From Phoronis australis (taxonomy: Eukaryota > Animalia > Phoronida), in contig NMRA01000022.1 in the NCBI GenBank assembly GCA_002633005.1, positions 362,056 through 426,055 on the forward strand: a stretch of DNA of 64,000 bases, given 5' to 3'. Below, one piece after another: positions 26,101-38,649 of this stretch. The stretch's first letter is position 1. Every line of letters starts with the position of its first letter. The translations under genes were made by a program, and so were the position numbers. Below the pieces are notes generated by a model. It was not told the DNA's origin. It did no database searches and saw nothing but the letters and a program-made list of their open reading frames with translations.

Positions 26101-29100
26101 TTGAAAAAGTCGAACGTTCATGGCCATATCTTCGTATAAATAACAGGAAAGATCAAACAAATGTGATTCCATGGGTTGCCAACTGGCATTTAAAAATAAG
26201 ACATGGCCCTAGAAAAAATATTTGAGTACTTAACAAAGTTTAAGTCAATAATACTAACACATTATTTTGCAGATTGCAAAGGAAAAGTTTGCCTGAATTA
26301 TGGAACACTTGACGTCAACGCTTGTACGTGCACCTGCGGTACTCCCAAAGCTATGCACGTTGGAGACATTTGTTCGCGTAAGTTTACACAATAAAATTAA
26401 TGACTCATGAAAATTATTCTTTGAAGAGCGACCACTCTGATTCTCAAAGTGAAAGTGACCTCCGAATTGGCATTATTACTTTTCGAAATTGTGCATTCAT
26501 TCCGCGTTTGAAGAGTTTCCCTATGGGCTCCAAACTTTAGTAACAACCATGTCAAGAATTGTACGATGCCACTCTTCGTACCTCAAAATCCAACTGCTGC
26601 CTGGTGGCTTAGTAATTGGCCCAGTTATGTTGCACACCCAGCAGAATTAATGAGACATATTGTTGCAACTTAAACGAACGTTTTATGTCGTAAAAGTCAC
26701 ACTTTTTGTCCAGTTTTCAAAATTCAAAAACCTAATCAGGAGGGATTTTCACGAACTATTCAAATATGCCATTTACAAAATTTCAAAACAAAAATTTAAG
26801 AAATACTATTATCTCTCCTATGTGTTTACGATGTCCCAAAATAAGCCTGGCAAAAGCATATTCATAAAGTGTTTTCTGACCATAAGCAAGGTGAATAATC
26901 TCACCATTAAGACTTTCGTCAATGACGGGCGATTGACTTCTTCAGAAAGTTAATGGTTGTCTCATTATCTAGAGAACGATAACATTAGCAACCTGAGGCG
27001 ATTTAATTAAGCACAACAGCATGGTGTTTTTGATCAGAACCGAAAGATTATGTGATGCTGCGCAAACCGGCCGAGTCACCCAATCTCGACCGGTTAGGTT
27101 GTCATCATAGGACTCTTTTCATAGGTTTCAGTAGACGTCTCACGTATCGTACATAAGTATATGTCTATGAGCTTTGATTTCCTTGAATTGTGCCAAATCC
27201 TCTCATCTTGTATTTCCATCTATACCGTTACTACATTAATTAACCTTGTTAATGAAACGGGCCCAAGTGGTCTATTTGGTTGTGTTGTTTAAAGTGACAT
27301 TGTCGTATTTATTAACTGGTGGGATAGATTTCTAGAAGTTATTAGCTTTGGCCAGAGCTGCAAAACAATAAAATCCGTTTTTTGTGATTTTATCCCAAGA
27401 CGCCAACACCCCTCGCCGATATCTGCAAGACTATAGTTAAGGACGCACAGTTTCATTAAACTGTGAACATGCAAATAAAGTACTAATTTGCAAACATCCC
27501 CGGGTCCTCCAGTGTGCCGCAAACCGTCCGAGAACCAGTTATCACTACAATCTCGCGAAAGTCTCATTTTGCGAGACTATTTTTATGTATACGAGTAGGG
27601 TAATATTTCATCGTTACTCTAATGAAACACAGCACATTTTTAATATTTGTTTATTTCACTATCAGATAATGATTGTGTGAAATTTGGAGGTACTAGGGAT
27701 TTGTTCATACATGTTTTTTAAATGTGTCAGTTATAGTGTCCGTAGTCCAGTTTTACAATAGTTTCTCTGTATTTGTCATATTTTTCAGTGGATTGTAGTA
27801 AAGGTCCAGATTCGTGCAGCTGGACAAAATCTGACTGCAAGACGTACAGCAACGTACCCTTTCAATGCCCGAATACGTGTAGCCACTGCCCATGTAAGTC
27901 ATTTTAAGTGCCTTTGCTGGCATATTGGACCGAACTGCGCATGCCCAACACTGGCCATTTGCAAAAACCCTGGCCGCTCGTGCAACTGGTACATTCAACG
28001 CTCAAACAGCTAGTTTTATTTCACAAATTCACTCAACCATTATCACCGAAATTTATCATACACGCAAGACATCCATCTTTTGCGATATTTCTCCACATTC
28101 CAACACGTCCACCGGAAATTCCCGCACATAAACCATAGGCGTAAAGGTAAAATAGTGCATCCATCTCCTGGGAAAAATGAAAATGCACCGGACCCAAATA
28201 TACAAAAATAATGTTCTCTTATTCTATTTTAATGACGTGCCGCTTTTTCTCACATCAAAGACCAGACTTTTTGTCTAGTGTTTTCTGCCATTCAAACGTG
28301 ACCGCAGTGATAAGTTCCCTACTGACAAGTCAGTAAAATATTAATTGGCCAGGACCTGTACATGGAAGTAATGACGCATCTCCAAAAGACGTTATGTTCT
28401 TTAGTTCAAAATGACGAAGAACAGCTGATGGGTGAAGAGGCATTTCCTGGGAAAATTTCAACCATGCTGCATTCGGTACATAAGGAAATGAGCATTATTG
28501 TACGTGATTTTCTCTATACTCATTTTAATATTTCCATGTGTCATGGACTGCGCACGAAAGTTCAAGTTCATGCTTTGGTATAGGCAAAATAAAACTGGCA
28601 AAATGGTAAACTTCCCAAGTCCACAGCTCCTACATACAGTATCGCCTCAATTATAAGCCTGACACCAGCAAACTTATGCCACTTTTGGGGTATTCTCTCA
28701 TGGAAGTCAACCTCACTCCATCTCATCTCTCAGTCCACAGACAAAATCGCCTTGTCACTAGGCAGGTCTCCCCTGTCTAAACCCTACAGTAAAAAGTGTA
28801 TAAGTCTATACTTGACGTAAAGACTTTTGAAGAGGGCGTAGGCGGCTAGGTCAAAGCTGGTTAGAAAAACAGAGCCAAGCGCCGTTCATTGCCTGATACG
28901 CGAAACCTACTGATATACACGTATGTGTGACACACACTCGTGGGCTTATACCCGAGTAGATACGTTATACATGTAGGCCTATACAGATATATTCATGATT
29001 TTCTTTCACCCTTGCTCTCTTCTTGTCAGACGGTGGCATAGATTTCAAGTCATCTGTGGTTCCGGAAATGACGACATCCTCCTCGTCCGGGTCAGGACAC

Positions 29101-29244
29101 AGTAACCACACAGACGCGACACCTGGAGATCAAACCACACAGAAAGAATCATCTGGGTCAAGAACAACGGTGGACATGTCGTTTTTCGGCATTGTGTGGC
29201 TGCTCTCTCTGATTCTTAACAACGCATATGGATATTTATTTTGA
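11048..29244 (+). CDS. CAP/SCP (CRISP / cysteine-rich venom protein-like) gene, 10 coding exons, 370 aa: signal peptide-CAP-hinge-EGF-ShKT-S/T stalk-hydrophobic tail
   Basis: Exons 11048-11105, 19873-19986, 20556-20653, 21415-21505, 22692-22831, 23193-23287, 24980-25071, 26273-26377, 27789-27893, 29030-29244. All introns are GT-AG with matching phases (1,1,0,1,0,2,1,1,1); total 1113 nt with no internal stop. CAP motifs HNDYR, AANMQKMYWD, GQNLA, WYDE, GHFTQ, IGCG, YVCNY. Confidence 0.9.
11915..15210. repeat. Tandem 1.65-kb duplication (11915-13562 and 13564-15210) joined by a single N
   Basis: Copies are collinear end to end with scattered SNPs and small indels; the duplicated ORFs 13412 and 15060 share the same start. 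Confidence 0.95.
15230..15514. repeat. Local tandem repeat, about 140 bp x2
   Basis: gatactaaa...gaggaatctctatcattcgaccctcaaagtctatac.tgataatttgcc occurs at 15230-15360 and 15373-15514. Confidence 0.85.
19468..19712. mobile_element. MITE with catgcgcgcaccc TIRs (copy 1)
   Basis: catgcgcgcaccc ... gggtgcgcgcatg. Homologous copy at 24081-24318 and a partial one at about 52855-53050. No clear TSD. Confidence 0.75.
19873..19986 (+). CDS. CAP gene exon 2 (ETVESRKCHEKFSALTTFYNDGTTHSACLDAAATVTKS)
   Basis: Acceptor ttacAG, donor AG|GTAAAC, phase 1/1; C...HSAC motif typical of invertebrate CAP N-termini. Confidence 0.85.
20556..20653 (+). CDS. CAP gene exon 3 (GISEADKTSIVNKHNDYRSSVAATYKAANMQKM)
   Basis: Acceptor ttttcAG, donor ATG|GTGAGT; HNxxR and AANMxxM CAP motifs. 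Confidence 0.95.
21415..21505 (+). CDS. CAP gene exon 4 (YWDDEIATIAQVYAEKCEFKHDKGWARSIP)
   Basis: Acceptor tttcAG, donor AG|GTAAC; WDxxLAxxAQxxAxxCxFxH CAP motif. Confidence 0.95.
21647..22098. mobile_element. MITE with 15-bp TIRs and 9-bp TSD (Mutator/MULE-like), in CAP intron 4
   Basis: TIRs ctcgctggttccctg / cagggaaccagcgag; flanks tatcaaatg (21638-21646) and tgtcaaatg (22099-22107). Homologue at 46399-47004. Confidence 0.8.
22692..22831 (+). CDS. CAP gene exon 5 (GRFGLGQNLAAGYNDWTTAIKGWYDEIKDFTYGSSGNVFSKIGHFTQ)
   Basis: Acceptor ttacAG, donor CAG|GTAATT; GxNL, WYDE and GHFTQ (CRISP signature 1). Confidence 0.97.
23193..23287 (+). CDS. CAP gene exon 6 (VTAAPSAKIGCGYAECSNLSYKKLYVCNYGTP)
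   Basis: Acceptor cttacAG, donor GTGAGT; IGCG and YVCNYxxxGN (CRISP signature 2, completed by the next exon). Confidence 0.97.
24081..24318. mobile_element. MITE with catgcgcgcaccc TIRs (copy 2)
   Basis: catgcgcgcaccca ... tgggtgcgcgcatg; internal similarity to 19468-19712 (cccacttcgccaaatgggg). Confidence 0.75.
24980..25071 (+). CDS. CAP gene exon 7, CRISP hinge (GNVGSAVNSPWKSGSKACEDCPTSCSNNLC)
   Basis: Acceptor ctctgcAG, donor G|GTGAGT; P(W/Y)xxG..CxxCPxxCxNxLC hinge motif. Confidence 0.95.
26273..26377 (+). CDS. CAP gene exon 8, EGF-like module (DCKGKVCLNYGTLDVNACTCTCGTPKAMHVGDICS)
   Basis: Acceptor ttttgcAG, donor GTAAGT; CxNxG...CxCxC...GxxC pattern, symmetrical phase 1/1. Confidence 0.93.
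27789..27893 (+). CDS. CAP gene exon 9, ShKT-like module (LDCSKGPDSCSWTKSDCKTYSNVPFQCPNTCSHCP)
   Basis: Acceptor tttttcAG, donor GTAAGT; six Cys ending in CPxxCxxC, phase 1/1. Confidence 0.93.
29030..29244 (+). CDS. CAP gene terminal exon: Ser/Thr/Gly-rich stalk and hydrophobic C-terminus
   Basis: Long polypyrimidine acceptor (cttgctctcttcttgtcAG), phase 1; reads YGGIDFKSSVV...ESSGSRTTVDMSFFGIVWLLSLILNNAYGYLF*. Confidence 0.85.
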
Positions 29245-31144
29245 AACACCAGGTGCCCATTGAAGTTGGCGTCCACAGGAACAATGAGAGCGTCTAAACG
29301 ATAGATTTTCTCACATCTATGAGCTAAATACAGAATTAGTAGAAACGGTCTGTACTTTCAGGAAATTGGCCAATCATAACGCGTTTTCTTTGCAAAGTCT
29401 CTCGATCTTCGATATCGCATCTCTGTTTCGGTCACATAGTTTACGACACCGGCGTTTCGCCAGCACGGTCGGCCATCTTGTTTTTTTAAATGCGGCACTG
29501 TGTATCGAGCCCGAATAATCGTTTTAAAAACGTCTCTGCTTGTTTTTCCATGTTGAGTTAGGACTGTCAAAACGATTGCATTTTCTTTAGTGGTGATGCT
29601 GGTTATGCCGAAGAAAGTTTTTTTTGTGAAATTTTGTTCTTGGTTCGAAATGATTTAAGAAGTGTTCAAGCATCGTCGCGACGGCGATCCGAATGTAAGA
29701 AAACCTCTGTTGCTACGAAATTTAAAACTTTTGTGTATTTTTCAGTGTTTCCCGTAATGAGTTTATGGATACAACGTAATATGAGTCAACATATTTTGTA
29801 AGCCTATTTGTCACTTACCCGTAATCGCAGATTCAGAGGACTGGCACGTTTGGTGTCCAAATCGGATGTTTGCCACATCGCTCGCTTTTTCACTCTCATT
29901 CTCTGTTCTGTATTTAGCTCATTGGTCACATCTGCATGTTTAGGCAGGTATTTCCTAGCAGTTCATTGGAGGTGTGGAATTTAGTATCAAACATGTCACA
30001 CTCGAATTGCACATCAACTATTAATCTGACCACGTCAAAATTACGGTCGTTTGAAGACATATATCTGCTGAAATAATACTGCGCATTTAAAAGCATGGAA
30101 ATCAATCCCTTGAAAAGAACTTATTCACTCTAAAATTTGAAGGTTTACACTGCGGAAATCTTGTGAACTAAGGCAACGTATTGGCTCATTGGCTGGCATT
30201 AGGCCGGGTCACTGCTAATTATAATATGATGTCATTAGATCAAAACATATGAGCAGATGGCAGGCGTCTTAATTCGTTGTAGCTCAGAGCTGAAACGTCC
30301 ATCGATTTTATCCCTGATTACGGGAAATGAAGAAATTCCTAGTATGGGGGCAAAACACTTGTTGAGTGTCACTAGTGCTGGTACAAATAAAATCAATTTC
30401 CCCAGGGGGCATTTCTGGAACCGTGAAGATCTTACGTGGTTATATTTGATCTCTTTTTACCTTTCTATAACAATAGTGTTGACAAACACGTGAGGTGTGA
30501 CAATATCCAATCGGAGATGATCAGTCTCTATGCAAAGTACCGACTGTGTTAGAGTTTGGTTGTGAGTTGACCCAAGAGAACTACATTCGTTTTGATTCTT
30601 GACAGACAACTAGGCTAGAAATAATTCTACTCAATACAAATAAACCATCAGCATTGGGGAAAACATACACTCATCAAAAGTAGTTTTTCATAATAGAGTG
30701 TACCATAGAGGACGTTTCTTTTCGGAAAAGACCCTTCTACAGTGCACGAGTTTAGTTAGACAACAGGCGTTTAAAAGCGGAACTTGCACGTTAATTCCCT
30801 GTCCCAATGGTTGCTTGGTCAAATTAGTTAGAAACATGACATAGAGCGACGATGTTCAAAATTGCAAAATGTTTTTAAGAACGAGTTTTGTGTCGAAAAT
30901 GATCAGGAGTAAATCGCTCAAACGTGTCCAGTAAGTAACGTGACATGGTGTTGGGAAATAACACTGAATGCTGCGGGCTATGGGAGCCAAAAATCTACGT
31001 CATTGGTGCAAAGGTCACCTATTTGCAGAAGTTTTGTTTTCACATTTACAAGTTGTCAATGAATACAACTGCACTTTGTTTAGCAAAGGTGATGTTCAAA
31101 TAGCATAGGCGTTTAGTTCTTGCTATACATTAGCATAGTTATTA

Positions 31145-34100
31145 CGGTAAAGTCGCGTGATTTTCGGACACTGAAAATTAATTCCAATAGAAAAAATTCA
31201 TTCTTGGACGAATCTCGCGAAATATCATTTTGTGGTGTCCGAATTTGGCGGACCTCCAAATTTGGGTTTCCGCTAGTGTCCGAATTTCGTGGGTGTACAT
31301 TATTTCGATGAGCGGTCGTAGTATCAACAATGCTGGCTCGGTCATTTGATAGCAGTATAATTGCAGGTAAATGAGACTCAAATGGTCTGAGCGATTAATT
31401 TTTGAAAATCTGGCTTTCCCAATAAGAAATGTGCGCCGTCGACGCACAAAGACCGTTCCCAACAAGTGTTGGTTCTTCTTTTCAAAGATGTGCTTTCTCA
31501 ATATGAAATATTCGGCTTGCATTGCCGATGCTCAAAAACCGTTCTCCGCAAGTGACGGAATCTTTTCAAAACTGCGCTATCCCACTTGAAATATCGGGCT
31601 GCGTTGCGAAGAGTCTTCCTGGTGACAAATATGGGCTTTTCAATGAGTGGGTCTGGTTTGCGTTGTTGACGCACATGAAACGTTAGACAACCGATTCTCT
31701 TTTGTAAAAATGCGTTTTCTCAATAAAAAAAATGTCGAGTTTGCGCTGTGAACGCATGGTTTCCCAATAAAATGCTGGAATTGCGTATTCGGCGCACAAA
31801 GAGGGTTCCCGACCATCAAAACATGCGCTTTCTCAATTTTAACGAATTTTGCATTAAACGTAACAGTAATGGATGTGGGAACGAGTTCAATGAAGAAAGT
31901 GACGAACAATGACAAGAACATAGCATATATTTATGTTTGTTAAACGTATCCATGCATTGTCTGCTGGTTACAAACCGAAACGCAAGTTAACTCTGACACA
32001 TTTATTTCCATATTAACTGAAAGCTCAGTTTCAACATGAAAACTTCGATTGAACAATTACCCAAAATAGATAACAAAGACAATCATGATAATAAAACGAG
32101 TAGTTTCTCATCGACTTGTGATCCCCATTTGTCGTCCTGGTAGTCGTCTGAATTGTTGAAGAAGCGCTGTCGTTCTACATGTTTAGGCCTACTGCGGCAA
32201 ACGATGGGAATGCGTCGACTAGTACAGTGCTGCGCGGCTGAAGACACGATTAACTAACATATTGTATATATAAGGGCGTTGTCTAGAAAGCAAATGCAAT
32301 TTCAAATGCTACCAACATCAAATTCACCCAACCGTTTTTTTTACAATTAAAACCTTTCTCATCCACAGCCTTTGAAACGCCCGATGTTAACTCAGTGATA
32401 CACTGGCGGGTCTTCATGCAACTGAGGTGACCTAACACATCTGGGTTCGCTTACGTTTTTAACCACAGTGAAAACTCTGACTTGTGAAATCTTTTTGTGG
32501 ATGAAATGAAACTGATAATCGTTAACATTTTCTGGTAATCTGCGTGGAAGATAACAGGGCCGTTTCTTCTGGTCGTCACCAGTTTAGCGCCGTCCACGGT
32601 CGTCACCAATTTCGCGCAGCTCAGTCTCCGTCAGTCACTACTAATTTACGCCGCCACCCCCCCCCCCCCGCCTCCTGTTGCACACCAATGTCGATTTTGC
32701 GCCACTAATTCTAAGGGAGTCTACTAGGTGCAACCCCCTGCCAAGACCGTTGTTGCGCACGTTGATACAATAGGATACTGGGCAGATCACGACTGTTAGA
32801 AGAATCGACTAGTGACGACCTGAAAAGAAAAACGAAAGCACTCAATTTGGGACAGGTGAACTCATGAAGGACGTAAACCAGGCAATTCAAGTACCATTCT
32901 ACTATTTATATACTTAATTTTCTTTCTTAATGTATATTTAACCAATTACAATTCATCTATGTCGACCGTTTTCATTTCATTTCGTCATATATTTGCTACA
33001 GTTACGGAAAATAGTTCTTCCCACAGGTCTCTGCTGATGGACATTACACACTTCTGCTAACATTTAAAGTATGAACAGTCGCGAGTTTACTGAAGTCTCA
33101 TTATAAGTACAGAAATGTTGTTGAAGAATAACAGTGACTATCTGAAGACAGGAATACATAACAAAATAAAATATGGAAACACCAAACAAAAATCAAAACA
33201 ACACTTACCTGTTGCAATAACGCCTTAAATGCGAACGTACTGACCGACTTGCATGAACGGAATGTTAGTTGAACATGTTAGTAGAACAAAACTGTCTCAA
33301 TGAAATTTTCATGGTTGACAGGTTTAAGAAGATCCACCGTAGATTTCCGTATATAAGTCCAGGAGAATATATGGCCAATTTGCGTATCTTAAATTTTTCC
33401 CTAAAATATACCTGGGATGCATATCTGAGAATAAAAATGCATGCTTGAAATCTAAAAATAATGCTATTCCCACTAGGATATAATTAGGGTGAGCTACAGT
33501 ATTTATACTGTGTTCGTGTATTCGGCATTGCTGAGTATAGGCCCTGGTGTATTTTTACATAAGACGTTTGGTTTCCCCAACTTATATACGGAAATCGCTA
33601 GTAATACTTCCCAAAATTATTTACCCTTGCTGCAAGTAAGGCATCACCTCGGGTAAAAATAGAACAATAATAATTAGCAATGTAACAGTCAACACAATTA
33701 AACACACTTACAGCTGAAATGCCTCTAAAACTATATTAAGTAATACAAAAAACATGGTCTGTAGTTTAAGATCACGTTTCTTTTTTGTCTCAAAACTATC
33801 AACTGAAGGCGGTAACATAGACATGAAGACAAGGTCCTGTGGAAAGTAGATATGGAACTCCGGTCGGAAACACCTATCAGGTTCCAGGCCCGTTGCATCG
33901 GACTCCAGGTCCTGTATTCTTGTTAGCCTACCCCTAGGACCACAAGAAGCAACGACTACCAAATCTGATTCAACTGACTTGTCATTTTTCGAAATGATTG
34001 GTGGAGGATTTTCTTAGTCGCCGCAGACAGAGAGTGCCACAGGGTCCCGGTGTCCTTGTCGGGATTCATCTTAATCTCGGGACACCATGGAGTTCAGGGT

Positions 34101-35465
34101 GTTGTACCTCAGACGGTACAGCTAGGATGTGAATTAACAAGACCACAAGTACACAGACCAGTGGATGAGCAAGCAAAATTGGGTCGCCGCAAGTTAAATC
34201 TTTTTAGGTTTACATCTGGGGTTAAGCTCGTAACGCTAGAACTTCGCTAAAAAGCACGAATTCATGAAATTACGTGATGTATTGTGTTTTTTAATTGAAA
34301 GCGTGATTTTGGCTAGATTTTTGTATTTCCCAAGACAGCTACTGAACTCTACCCTAGTCTGCGATCGGGGGCGCAAGGGTGAGAATCTCACGAACACGCT
34401 AGACTTAAGACGTCGAGACGTATGGTGAGGCATTGCAAACGAAGCACACGATCACACTATCTTCTTTAGCGAGATTCTTGCATCTGCGATGCTTATCAGA
34501 GAGCAACAGACAATTTGTAAGGGTAGTGAAACGTGGTTACGTGGATGTACATTAGTTTTTGATATGTGTTATAGCACACCGGCACTTACACAACATAGGA
34601 CAGGGATGCAATGTCTCTGTAACAATTGCGTGTGCGCCGCGCCCCTTTCTGAGTGCTGGGCCTTGCGCTATGTTTGATTTTTAACCAGTTTTACTTTGGC
34701 TCCGTCTCATTCGGCTGCTGCTGTTCACTATCTACACTACTTTGAACGCGCGATATCCTACGGACATACTTAGCTGTGACCTATTGTGTATGGGGGCCTA
34801 AACAAAAAATATTTCTCATCACGTCAAGAATAAAATCCAGACACGTCGTCGGGAGATTTTAGCCACTAACAAGGGCATTTGCAAAGGCCAGGACGTTTTA
34901 AAAATAAAAACGCTTCGTAAACACGCAAGTTGAGGCGTGCAAGTTCAATGTCACAGTCGGAAGTTGAACAACACGGTCTAATTAAACCAGAGCACATGTT
35001 ACGCTACAACGAAAAACTGCAGCCTTCCGTGTATTTCCCATTTGTATTTTCATCAGAAATTTTCGTCATGCGAGACTCGGTGACTTTTTTCATAGCTAAA
35101 GCGCCAAACTCAAGCTAAACGCAAGACAATCGAGTAACGGTCATGACATCGTCAAGACAAGGTAAAAATTACAAAGCCCGTTACCCCAATTCTCAGATTC
35201 AAGCCTTATCGAGTAGTAATCATCCGTTGAACGCTTTAGTGACACGGGAGTTGCGTCGATCCTAAATTAGCGTTTCTAAAATTTTCCTTGTCCGAAAGTC
35301 GCGGGACAAAAATCCGACGTTTATGACATTGTCCGAAATTCGAGGATCATTGAAAAACAGTTTTTTGACCTTGTACGAATTTCGTGGACCATGAAAAACT
35401 CATTTCGGAAATATTTATTCTTAGTCGAAAATGGCGGGCCGTCCGAAAATCACGCGACTTTACCG
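31145..35465. mobile_element. 4.3-kb non-autonomous Tc1/mariner-pogo-like element with TA TSD
   Basis: Perfect 25-bp TIRs cggtaaagtcgcgtgattttcggac / gtccgaaaatcacgcgactttaccg, flanked by TA at 31143-31144 and 35466-35467. Subterminal gtccgaa repeats at both ends; no transposase ORF seen. Confidence 0.85.
33342..33596. mobile_element. Small nested MITE-like inverted repeat element
   Basis: 17-bp perfect inverted repeat gatttccgtatataagt (33342-33358) / acttatatacggaaatc (33580-33596). Confidence 0.6.
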
Positions 35466-37691
35466 TAGCATGCAGACACATCTTTAAACTACAGTGAAGT
35501 TATTTTCTTATCGCTAGAGGCCAGTAGTATCCAGTCAACACGTTGCTACTTCAAAGTCTGTCATTGGCCCGGCTACGTAGAGGGACGCGTTATGGAGTAA
35601 TGACAACTTTCTTGAGACAGGACTCGAAAATTTACAAACCCACAAATGTGATGTATATGGAATTAATATGTACGAGTGTACATATTCATTTTTCAATTGT
35701 CGAAATTTGATTAATGGAGGCATAATTAAAGGGAGGCTTACACGAAAAGCGGGAAACGCGGCGATTCCCGCTTCGACTCCTGCTGCGGCGATCACTTTAA
35801 ATTGCTTTACATTAATTAAGATATGAATCTTTATACCAAAAGCGGCAAACTGAACAGAAAAATCCGCAGCAACTACCACCTTTGGTATAATCCCCCTTAT
35901 GCACTACAAACGAAAGTTACGACAATAAAGATTGACTGTGTCACAAAGCAAGATTAATTCGATTGTTTCACACCTTGTGTTTTCACCTTTTTATTGTCAA
36001 GTTTTTGTCCACATGAACTAAAACAAACGATGCGCTGTGTAACAGTATGGAATAAGCAAGTGGCTAATTTCACCAGAAAACCATTTAGAGAGCACCGAAC
36101 CTCCGAAACGGGAGCGTGTTCTATAGAAGCAAAGCCCGTGAATGTACCAGAGACCACACTATTTTTTCGCGCGATGTCTTGCTTCTACGGAACAATCCTG
36201 GAGTGAATAGCATAGAATTAACAAAAGAAAGGGCCTGCGGTCGATTTTCATTGAAAAAATCTTTGCATTTTCCTTTCAGTTGTCAATAGTATGGTTTTTA
36301 TTTGGAAAATTGACCGTGTTTAAAATCAACCCTGTTTACTCAAACGAGGGGTCTTGTTTAAGAAATATTTTAAAGAAATTACGCGTCCTGTTTATAGGAA
36401 AAAAATAAACCTTGCTAACTATTTCAAGGCACTGGGAAACAAACAGACATCTTTCGTCCCACCGAATTGAAGTAGGTCTTTTCCAATGGTACAGGATAAT
36501 TGAATGAAAGAAACTCCAGGCGATGACATATAAAATATAATACATGCATCATATAAATCGCCTGCACGTGGTCTTCTTATGTTATGGCTTGGAGATTTGC
36601 TCGTCACAGCATGGAATATCCGAAAAATTTTCTAAAGTACTCGGGCATTTACAAGCTTTTGCAAGTTCAGAATTGAAAGGCATTTAATACTTGATGCTTT
36701 TGAGTTAAATAGGACCCTGTCCCAAGTGTGTCAAACCTCAGAAGGTCATAACTCAGAAATTGCGGATTGGATTCAATAGGAAATTTCCACGATGTTATAC
36801 TTGATGCACTGGTCTAAAACTCTATTAGGAATTATAAGTATTAGAATTATTAGCCTTCATACACAACAGATGGCATGCACGAAGACAACTAATTCATACT
36901 CCATACCAACGCGCCGATTTATAACAACTCAATCATGTTCTGCCAGGAATTGTTTTTGAAAAGTTCCACTTTTGCTTGAAAGGCTATCGAAAAAGGAATT
37001 TCAGGATTGATGTGAAAATCTAAGCCAGTCGTGCTCTTGGCAGAAGAAACACACCTGCCAGTTTTCATGTAGTAGTTCAAAGTGGCATGTGCTTTAAACT
37101 ATTAATTCAGAATTTAAACCCAAAAAGCCTATAGGAGTCAAAAGTAAACCGATTACATATTAGTAGTATACAAAAACCTCTTCTTTTATGCTTCCTGAAT
37201 AAAAACAGGAAGTTCTCTGAACAAATTAATCATTAAAAAAGCTTATTTACATCGAAAAGAAATAAAAAATATGGAATGCAAGTTCCTGGCTTCATTATAA
37301 ATATATTTGTTTACGTAATTTGTGATACATGTATAGAGTACAGTGACAGCATTAACACAAAAGGTGGCACTGAACAATTAGAATGCGGCCGCGGCCATTT
37401 GCACTCCCAAAATATCAAAATCTAGAGGTAGGCCAAGCTTGGGGGCATTTTTTGTTAGGTATTGTATGTAGGCCAAGTGAATGTGTATTGTGAACATGTT
37501 GAAAATGAAAAAAGGCCGTAGCTGCACTGTTCTTCAAAATGGTGGCCCCAATGGGGCTGTTCGGAGAATTCTCCTCGCGATGTCGCTGCTGTACTATTGG
37601 TGATTGAATTGCGCATGCGTCGCTGTCTGCATGTAAACAGCTGGTAAAAAGACGGATTGCTGTCAAAATACGTCCTCGCGCTAAGCCTTAT

Positions 37692-38470
37692 TATTGCTAT
37701 TTTCCCTGATGCAAGTCTTCAACAGGTGGTCACAAATTCCCAAAAGACCTAAGATTACTACATTCGTGGAGAATTGCGGTCAAAAGGGGCAACCAACTGA
37801 CAAAAAGTGTGTGGATGCCGAAGCCATATTAGGAGACTACATAATGTTACTTGGTAAGTTTTTAGCAGTCAAGTTTCTATCGACATCGTTCGGTGATGTT
37901 ATCCCCACCAGTTACCCCCAATGAATAACGGGTTTATTGAATGGAACTAAGTGTTTCTTTTCGGAAACCCACCCAGGACTCGGATGCTGGGTAGGCTAGC
38001 AGCACACACTCACATATTGTCCTCCAGCCGTCCAGGGGTGGGAATGCGCCCAATATAAGAGGTGTATGGTACGTGACGCTCAGAAGTCAAGGGTGACTTT
38101 TTCACAGCAGTTTCTCTTCAAAGCTATGCTATGTCCAATAAAATTCTCTAGATGAGTGAGTTTCCTTATTTTATAGCAGACCCCACCCCCAGGACTACCA
38201 GATTAGTTACCGAATTAACATGAATAAGCTATTCAGTAAACGTAACATTGCATTGCCGGAATATAAATTGACACATACTCACTGCACATTTCTAGAGGTC
38301 AACAGGAAAACGACAATTCGCAAGCGTAATCGGTTATCATTTCAGCTTTATAAAGAATAAGCGCAACTGCACTGCATGGGCTTTAAAACTGAGGAAATAT
38401 TGTGGTTTCAATAATTAGTGACAAACTTGCGTGTTGTTGAAAAATGTATTCGATCATCAAAGTTTACATT
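37692..38470 (+). pseudogene. THAP zinc finger and DDE transposase C-terminal remnants
   Basis: 37692-37853 reads YCYFP*CKSSTGGHKFPKDLRLLHSWRIAVKR...WMP (THAP C..C..HxFP..W..W.P) followed by a GTAAGT donor. 38382-38470 reads FKTEEIL...TNLRVVEKCIRSSKF, resembling the RIHVERxIxRxKxF motif. The catalytic core appears deleted. Confidence 0.65.
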
Positions 38471-38649
38471 AACGAGCTTTCTACTGACAATAAGACAATC
38501 GATGCTGTCACTGAATGCCATTTCCCCATAATGTGTACCAAATAGAAAAGTTTTTACCATTAGTATAAAGCCTTTCTTCTGAAAGGAAAAGTTAACGTAA
38601 CTCAGTGAGAAAGGACAGGTATTTATACCAGATGCTTTTAGTTTTCATT

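Noticed and set aside
37995-38200. Solo LTR inside the ISL2EU element
   Set aside because: TATA-like and AATAAA motifs are present, but no clear TG...CA ends or TSD; more likely a small MITE fragment.
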